DNA from: the human T2T-CHM13v2.0 reference genome, Homo sapiens
NCBI RefSeq assembly: GCF_009914755.1
Contig: NC_060925.1
Length of the DNA: 64,000 nt
Direction: 5' to 3' (one strand)
The notes below the pieces were generated by a model that worked only from the letters and a program-made list of their open reading frames with translations, searched no databases and was not told the DNA's origin. Positions 55,133 to 64,000 of the stretch are shown here, piece after piece. The stretch's first letter is position 1. Each line of letters begins with the position of its first letter. Both the position numbers and the translations under genes were made by a program.

Positions 55133-57304
55133 GTACTGGAAGTACTAGCCAGGGGACTCAGGCAAGACAAAGAAAGAAATAAAAGGCATCCAAATAGAGA
55201 TGCCTTCTATCTTTGTAGACAATATGATTCCATACCTAGAAAACCCCATAGTCTCTACCTAAAGATTCCTAGCACTGATAAACAAGTTTAGTGAAATTTC
55301 AGATACAAAATCACTGTACAAAAATAAGTAGAATTTCTATACACTAGTAATGTCCAAGCTGAGAACCAACTCAAGAATTCAGTCCTATTCACAGTAGCCA
55401 CACACTCACACATGCACACACAAAACACCTGGGAATACAGCTAAACCAGGGAGGTGAAAGATCTCTACAATGAGAATTACAAAACACTGTGAAAGAAATT
55501 AGAGAAGACACAAACAAATCGAAAAACATTTCATGTGCATGGATAGGAAGAATCAATATTGTTAAAGTGGCCATAACTGCCCAAAACAACTTACAGATTC
55601 ACTGCTATTCCTAGCAAACTACCAGATTTCATTTTTCTCAGAAATTCGAACAAACTATTCTAAAATCCATATGGAACCAAAAAGGAGGCAGAATAGCCAA
55701 AGCATCCTAAGCAAAAAGACCAAAGTTGGAGGCATCACACTACACAATTTCAAACTATACAACAAGACTAGAGTAACCAAAACTGTAGTACTGGTACAAA
55801 AACAGGCACACAGACCAATGGAACAAGTTAGAGAATCCACAAATAAAGCTGCCCAGCAGCAACCATCTGCTTTTTGACAAAGTCGACAGGAACAAGCAGT
55901 GGGGAAAGTGCTCATTATTCAGTGATGCTGGGATAACTGGCTAGCCAAATGCAGAAGATTGAAACCGAACCCCTTCCTTTCACCATATGCAAAAATCAAC
56001 TCAAGATGGATTAAAAGACTTAATTGTAGGACCTGAAACTATAAAAACCCTAGGAAAAAAACAGGGCATGCCATTCTGGACATAGGCCTTGGTAAACATT
56101 TTATGACAAAGTCTTCAAAAGCAAATGCAGCAAAAACAAAAATAGACAAATGGGAGCTAAACCAAAAAGCTTCTGCCCAGCAAAAGACATTGTCAACAGA
56201 GTAAACAGACAACATACAGAATGGGAGAGAATATTTGCAAGGTATGCATCTGACAAAGATCTAATACCCAGAATGTATAAGGACCTTAAGCATAAAACAA
56301 ACAGTCCTGAGCAAAGGACACGAACAGACACTTCTCAAAAGAAGATATACACATGGCCAACAAACATAGGAAAGAAATGTTTAACATCACTAATCATTAG
56401 AGAAATGCAAATCAAAACTGCAATGAGATATCATCTCACATCACACCAGTCAAAATGGCTATTATGAAAACATCAGAAAATAATAGATCTTGGTGAGGTT
56501 GTGGAGAAAAGGGAATGCTTATGTGCTCCTGGTGGGAATGTAATTTAGTTCAGCCACCATGGAAAGCAGTTTGCAGATTTCTCAAAAAACTTAAAACAGA
56601 ACTACCATCTGACCCAGCAATCTGATTACTGGATATATACCTAGAGGAATATAAATCTTTCTACCAAAAAGACACATGCACTCTTTAAGTTCATTGTGGC
56701 ACGTTTTACAATATTAAAGACATGGAATCAACCAAAATTTCCATCAGTGGTGGATTGGATAAAGAAATCTGGTACATACATGCCACGGAATACTATGCAG
56801 CCATAAAAAACAAAACCATGTCCTTTGCAGCAACATGGATGCAGCTGGAAGCCATTATCCTAACAAATTAACAGAGAAACAGAAATCCAAATACCACATG
56901 TTCTACGTGGGAGCTAGACATCGAGTACATGTTGGACACAAAGAGGGAAACAAAAGACACCAGGGCCTACTTGAGGGTGGAAGCTGGGAAGAGGGAGAGG
57001 ATCAAAAATACCTGTTGTGTACTGTGCATATTACCCTGGGTCATGAAATAATTTGTACACCATACCCCAGTGACATGCAATATACCCATGTAACAAACCT
57101 GCACGTGTACCTCTTGACCATAAAAGGAAAGAACAGCAAAATAAAGAAATTGGGTTTTATTCTGGTCTTGATAGTAGTGTGATAATAATCCAGAACAAAG
57201 CAAAGTCTTCTACAAGAGTCAAGGCCTAAGTCAGTGTTAGAATAATTATATTTTGTAATCTGAATGCTCTAATGTTGAAAATTTCCTGTTAAAAATTTTA
57301 CTGA

Positions 57305-57689
<385 letters not shown>

Positions 57690-59436
57690 TAATGATAACT
57701 TTTAAAGAAAAGCCCCTTCACATCTAAAAAAACCATACTGCTTTTAACTGATTCAAAGTGAGAAGCCAATTTGCAATATATGTGGATTTCAGGTTTCACT
57801 AAATGTAGAATTGAATTTTAAGTGCCTCCAACTTAAGTAGCTTTCTTTACAAAATCTAGGTATCCCGGCACATACAAGTATATTCATACCTGAATTCTTT
57901 TTTTAAAAAATTTTTAGTACTTTTGAATGACAAAATATTCATTGAGCTGTTTTTTCATTAATAGTGTGGCTTTTATAGTAAAGTTTTAGTATTCTGGCAG
58001 ATGTGAGTTTTTTGATTGCATATGTCATCTGATGAGATTCCTCAAGTAATTTACAATTGTGTGAACAAGATATACTTTTGGTCCTTGAAATAGATATGAT
58101 AATATAACAGAAACTGTCAGACTCACAGAAATGGATCACATTAACTGCTTCTAAAAATTGTTTAGTTTTTGTATGAGCTTTCCACCTTTTAGTCAATATA
58201 TATATGGCTTTTCATGATTTATAATCTGAAATACATGTATTTTTTGGTGATAGTTTCTGTGTCTTGCAGTCTGTCTGTAGTCTTTCCAACTAAATTATGA
58301 TTTCTTCAGAGACAAGGGCTTGTTATTTTATTGTTATTTGTAGCTACATTGTTTAAAACAGTGTTAGCCAAATAATGAGTACTAAGTAAATAAAGAAAAA
58401 GAAAAGGATGAAGGAGCACATTGAGAAGAGAAGATTGGAGGATGGGGGACTTGTATACCTGAAATTTAAAGTTTGATTTTATGTATGTGTGTTTGTGCAA
58501 CCCGTGAATTAATTTATTGCATTTATCTCCAAATTGAAATACCTTTTTTGATACATAGTAGTCATATCCACGCCTGGGACTCGATTTTAGTTCCCATGAT
58601 GCTTCATTACACTTGGTATTGTGTTGTTTTTTTGTTTTTTGTTTTTTTTGGCATTTACTGTATTTTTTTAACCAATTTTATGATTTGTGAATTTGGTGTT
58701 ATCCAATCTCACAAATTTTAGTAATTGACAACTTTTAAAAAAATAAATATATCTAACTGGTTATACAAAATTTACAGTAAGTTTGTGGAATGTTAAAAAA
58801 AAGAAATTGTCTTTTCATTCTCCACTCTCAAGAACCTTTGCAGTGTTCATCTGAATGTATTACAAATCTAATACTTAAACACTGTTTTATAGCAGAAAAT
58901 AGTGAATAGTGAAAGAAATCACAAAGTAAATTTTAGTGTCATTCTCTTTAGTCTTGTTTACTACAGAGAAACCAGACAATTAAACAGACCACATTCTTAG
59001 GATAGACCATGCCTAATGTTTCTTCCAAGTTTAAAACACTCCCTTCATTGTTTAACACCTCATTGCAACTGACATCTCCCCTACAGTTTGAGTCAGCTGG
59101 AGGCTTTGCTATGTAATTAATGCATAATTGAAACCTCCTCCACACAATTATGGTACTGGCTGTAACTCATAGCTCAAGTTGGATAGAAATATCCAACTTG
59201 CAAATAGCATAGATTCTATTTAGTTTTATGTACAACTGAGGATTCTTTAGTTTTGTATATCCCTTCAATAAGTAAATGAAACAAAAAAAAATAATAAAAC
59301 CCTTTAACATGCTAACAAACAAAATTGAGATTGTATTATGGAAGTATTTTAAAAAATACACTTTACATCTATAAACATGATCATGAAAGTTGTTTATTGG
59401 AACTGTAAGGTTATTTAAAATAAACGATTGGGTGTA

Positions 59437-59680
59437 ACTTCCTGATTTTGGCCATGTTGGCAGCCACATGGGGCCGAGTTCCAAAGAGGAAAGATTGTGC
59501 GCAGAAGGAGCTCAGACGCTATGTAGAGGGTTCTCCTTACATCCGCCAAATACTATTCAGCACATGTATGTGAGAAAACTACATGAGGCCTGGGAAAAAG
59601 TCACCGGGAAAGAAACAGGCAGAAAAATTACCAGAGCGTAGACTGGACTGAGAATAGTACTTGTTCCCAACAGCCCCAGG
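59437..59680 (+). mobile_element. Possible old L1M 5'UTR fragment
   Basis: acttcctgattttggccatgttggc start and gtgtgagaaaactacatgagg-like segment resemble recalled L1M 5' ends. Confidence 0.4.
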
Positions 59681-61084
59681 CAATGCAAAATGATCTAGCC
59701 ACTTTGGAAAATAATATGGGAGTTTATTTTTTTCCCATCACATTGAAAATACTACTCTACTGTCTTCTAGCTTCCTTTGTTTTGATGATAAGTTAGTTGT
59801 TAGTGTGATAATCAGTCCTATGAGGGAAATCTGTTCCGTGTGGTTATTTTAAAGATCATTTTAAATTTATCTGCTGTAGCTAGATGCGGATTTCTTTTTT
59901 ATATACCCCACTTGGAATTTGTCAGAATTAAATCTGCGTATTGGTGTTTTTCATCAGTTCTCAAAGTCTTGGTCGTTTTGATAATCCATGAAATAAGCTT
60001 TTTTTTTTTTTTTTGCATATGTTCTGTTCCCCATCCCCCCTTTTTTCTCACCTCTTTTTGGAACTTAAATGAGACATACTTTAGACCTTCTCATTCTATC
60101 TTCCATGTTTCTTAAATGATTCCATTTTCTGTCTCATTTTCTCTGTTGCCTGCATTTTTCATTATTTCGTTACTTTTAATTTATAGTTGTCCATTTCTTT
60201 GGCCACACCTTAATCTGATCTTAAGCCTATCCATTGCACCTTAAACTTCAGATATTTTATATTTCAGTTTTTATGGTTCTGTTTAGTTATTTTTCAAACC
60301 ATTATCTGTCTTTGTAATTCTTTTTTACTGTACATATTTGCAAGCTTGTTTTATTTTCTAAGCCTTGGTTTTTGGTAATTGTAGCATTTGGAGTCCTTAG
60401 TCATCTTCCTTTGAATGTTGTTTCATACATGATAACTTGTTTTCTTGTGGGTTTAGTTTTTTACTGTTCATTTTATTTTTTTTTTATTTTGTTAATTTAC
60501 CAATTTACTGTTCATTTTCCTTGGAATTATTTTCTGTAGAAATTCTTTGATCTCCAAGTGAATATGACAGAACTCCAGAGAAGATGTGCATCTGTGTCTG
60601 TTAAGCACCTGGGAGCATTACCAATCTAGCATAACTTTAAATTAAATTCTCTATTGGAGGTTTTAAATATCTAGATACTGTTGTTCTTGCTGCAAATTCA
60701 AATGAGGTCAGTTTTACCATTTGAGATATTTGATTTTCCTTGCAGTTGTCAAAATAAGGGTAGGGTTAGGGTTGGGGTTGTTGGGGAAGAGGGTGAACAG
60801 TGAGTTTATTTCTAGTTTACCATTATGTTGAACTTAACCCCTGAGTCTCAGCTTTATAAGGGAAGGAACTCTTATTAGATTTTCTACCTTGAGCAGAATT
60901 TGGACTTATTTTCTATTTCAGGAGCCCAGTGAAATATAGTGAAAAACCAGGCTTAACTTTAATTGGTTTGCAAATCCAATGAATAGCAGTCTGCAGTGTT
61001 GTTCTTACTTCTTTGGGTTCCTCTCTTTTCACTTGGTCTTTGGTCTAAGTATTTTTTATACCTTGCGCTAGCTCAGATAGGCTT

Positions 61085-61450
61085 TTAAGATTTTTTTTCT
61101 TTTTTCCTTTTTTTTTTTGTATTGATACGTAATAGACCCACATATTTTGAGGTACATGTAATATTTTGACACATTTTTATAATATGTAATAAATCAGGGT
61201 AATTAAGATATATATTACCTTAAACATTTATCTTTATGTTGGAAATATTCAAATTATTCTTTGATAGCTATTTTGAAATATACTGTAAATTATTGTTTAC
61301 TGTAGTCACTCTGCTGATTTATTGAAAACTAGGTCTTATTTCTTGTACCTGTATTTCTGTACCCATTAATCAACTTCTATCTCCTCCACTCCCCCACCCT
61401 TCCTGGTCTCTGATAACTACCAGACTACTCACTTCATGAGATTTACTGTT
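61085..61450 (-). mobile_element. LINE-1 3' end (L1MA-like)
   Basis: ggtacatgtaatattttgacac...aatcagggtaatt...tatattaccttaaacatttatc. Confidence 0.75.
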
Positions 61451-61595
61451 TACTTGTTTTTTTTTGGGAATTATTGTTGCAGTTACTTAGGGGATCTGTC
61501 ATATTATACGAGAAACAGCATAAAGTCATAGTTTTTAAGGGTCATAATTTGTTAGTGTTTACTCAATGCCATTGTTCCATGTATATATATATATA

Positions 61596-61938
61596 TATGA
61601 AATATGCATTCACATATACACATATATGAAATATGCATTCACATATACACATATGAAATATGCATTCACATATACACATATGAAATATGCATTCACATAT
61701 GCACATACGAAATTTATGCATTCACATATACACATATATGAAATATGCATTCACATATACACATATATGAAATATGCATTCACATATACACATGTGAAAT
61801 ATGCATTCACATATACACATATATGAAATATGCATTCACATGTACACATATATGAAATATGCATTCACATACACACATATATGAAATCATTCGCATATAC
61901 ACATATATGAAATATGCATTCATATATGTACATATATG
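61596..61938 (+). repeat. Minisatellite, ~12 copies of a mostly 27-31 bp unit TATGAAATATGCATTCACATATACACA(TA)
   Basis: GAAAT anchors at about 61599, 61628, 61655, 61682, 61709, 61740, 61769, 61796, 61825, 61854, 61883 and 61909. Confidence 0.95.
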
Positions 61939-62134
61939 AGTACAAGTGCCATAATTTCCAAATGGTGGTCTCAGAGCACTTAGAAATCTTACATGGTTTT
62001 ATCAAAATAATTATTTCAGACCAATTTTTTAGCTCAACCAATGTTTGAGGATGCTGAATGTGTTTTCTTTTTTTTTCTATTGTTTTAAAGATTTATTATG
62101 TTGCCTAAATTTATCTTCTTACCTTTTGTCTTTA

Positions 62135-62485
62135 AAAAAAAATTTATTTCCACAGGTTTTTGGGGAACAGGTGGTATTTGGTTACATGACTAAGTAGTTT
62201 GTGAGATTTTGGTGTGCCCATCACCCGAACCGTATATGCTGAACCTGATTTGTAGTCTTTTATCCCTCACCCCCCTCCCACAGTTTCCCCCTGCATCCCC
62301 AAAGTCAATTTCGTCATTCTCATGCCTTTGCATCCTCATAGCTTAGCTCCCACTTACAAATGAGATCATTCGATGTTTGGTTTTCCATTCCTGAGTTACT
62401 TCACTTAGGCTGATAGTCTCCAGTTCCATCCAGATTGCAGCAAATGGCATTAATGCCTTCCCTTTTATGGCTGAGTAGTATTCCA

Positions 62486-62521
<36 letters not shown>

Positions 62522-64000
62522 ACATACTACGGTTTCTTTATCCGCTAGTTGATTAATGGGCATTTAGGTTGGTTCCACATTTTTGCAATTGCGAATTGTG
62601 CTGCTGTAAACATGCGTGTGCAGGTATCTTTTTTGTATCATGACTTCTTTTCTTCTGGGTAGATACTCAGTAGTGGGATTGCTGAATCAAATGGCAGTTC
62701 TTCTTTTAGTTTTTTAAGGAATCTCCACACTGTTTTCCATAGTGGTTGTACTAGTTTACATTCCCACTAGCAATGTAGAAGTGTTCCCTTTTCACTTCAT
62801 CAATGCCAACATCTATTGTTTTTTGATTTTTTGACTAGGGCCATTCTTGCAGAAGTAAGGCAGTATTGCATTTTGGTTTTGATTTGCATTTCCCTGATCA
62901 TTAGTGATGTTGAGCATTTTTTTCATATTTCTTGGCCATTTGTTTATCTTCCTTTGAGAATTGTCTTTTCCTGCCCTTAGCCCACTTTTTCATGGGATTG
63001 TTTGTTTTTTTCTTGCTAATTTGAGTTTGAGGTAGATTCTGGATATTAGTCCTTTGTCAGAGGTATAGATTATGAAGATTTTTCTCCCACTCTGTGAGTT
63101 GACTGTTTACTCTGCTGACTGTTCCTTTTGCCGTGCAAAAGCTCTTTAGTTTAATTAGGTCTCAGCCATTTATATTTGTTTTTACTGCATCTGCTTTTTG
63201 GTTCGTGGTCATGAAATCCTTGCCTAAGCCGGTGTCTAGAAGGGTTTTTCCTGTGTTATCTTCTAGAATTTTTCTAGTTTCAGGTCTTTGTCCTTGATGT
63301 GTTTCAGGACTTAAGTCCTTGACCCATCTTGAGTTGATTTTTGTATAAGGTGAGAGATGATCCAGTTTCATTCTCCTACATGTGACTTGCCAATTATCCC
63401 AGCACCATATGTTGAATAGGTTGTCCTTTCCCCACTTTATGTTTTTGTTTGTTTTGCCAAAGATCAGTTGGCAAAATACTTACAGTTGGCTGTAAGTATT
63501 TGGGTTTATTTCTGGATTCTCTATTCTGTTCCGTTGGTCCTTGTGCCTATTTTATACCAGTGCCATGCTGTTTTGGTGACTGTGTCCTTATAGTGAAGAG
63601 AAGAGAATGAAATGAAGAGAGTGGATATCTTTGTCTTGTTCCAGTTTTCAGACAGAACGCTTTAAACTTTTCCCCATTCAGAACTACGTTAGCTGTGGGT
63701 TTGTCATAGATGACTTTTATTGCATTGAGGTATGTCTCTTGTCTGCCAATTTTGCTGAGAGTTTGAATCATAAAGGGATGCTAGATGTTGTCAGATGCTT
63801 TTTCTACATCTATTGAGATGATCATGTGATTTTTGTTTTTAATTCTGTTTATGTAGTGTATCACATTTATTGACTTGTGTATGTTAAACCATCCCTGCAT
63901 CCTTGGTATGAAACCCATTTGATCATGGTGGATTATCTTTTTGATATGTTGTTGGATTTGGTTAGATGTATTTTGTTAAGAATCTTTGCATCTGTGTTCA
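62135..64000 (-). mobile_element. LINE-1 (L1PB-like) 3'UTR and ORF2, running off the window; (TA)n at 62488-62519
   Basis: ttttggggaacaggtggtatttggttacatg 3' signature; remnants MKLDHLSPYTKINSRW and [14 protein letters not shown]. Confidence 0.93.

Noticed and set aside
54140-55291. Cluster of ORFs up to 136 aa
   Set aside because: Chimeric L1-ORF2/LTR sequence or chance frames in a GC-richer LTR.
61566-61938. CRISPR-like array, or repeat protein (MKYAFTYTH)n
   Set aside because: Units are contiguous with no unique spacers, there are no cas genes and the context is eukaryotic. The ORF is a by-product of the tandem repeat.

Overview
Human (primate) genomic DNA, AT-rich and repeat-dense, with no prokaryotic features. 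The + strand carries three small internal coding exons of CDC73 (parafibromin, PAF1 complex) at 41037-41094, 49307-49342 and 49632-49719. These are exons 11-13 by my recollection of the gene structure, so the rest of the window is CDC73 intron. Nested antisense in the long upstream intron is the complete two-exon B3GALT2 gene on the - strand: non-coding exon 1 at ~23263-23850 and exon 2 at ~16290-18926, with a 422-aa GT31 beta-1,3-galactosyltransferase CDS at 17538-18806. The remainder is about 20 Alus, several L1s, L2/MIR, solo LTRs (LTR22-, MER11-, LTR1/27/28-, MLT1- and MLT2-like), DNA-transposon fossils including a Cheshire/MER58-like hAT with recognisable transposase remnants, microsatellites and one 27-31 bp minisatellite. 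I found no convincing wholly new biological system, and the nested gene pair itself is known. The best leads are regulatory: (1) a B3GALT2 5'UTR with 13 upstream AUGs, plus an in-frame AUG-GCC-UGA-C and a stop-free in-frame extension; (2) a 3'UTR with three miR-25/92-family sites and two Pumilio elements; (3) facing poly(A) signals that could link B3GALT2 termination to CDC73 intronic polyadenylation; (4) LTRs in sense orientation upstream of B3GALT2; (5) cryptic poison splice sites near CDC73 exon 11. Repeat family names come from recalled consensus sequences, and repeat boundaries are approximate.
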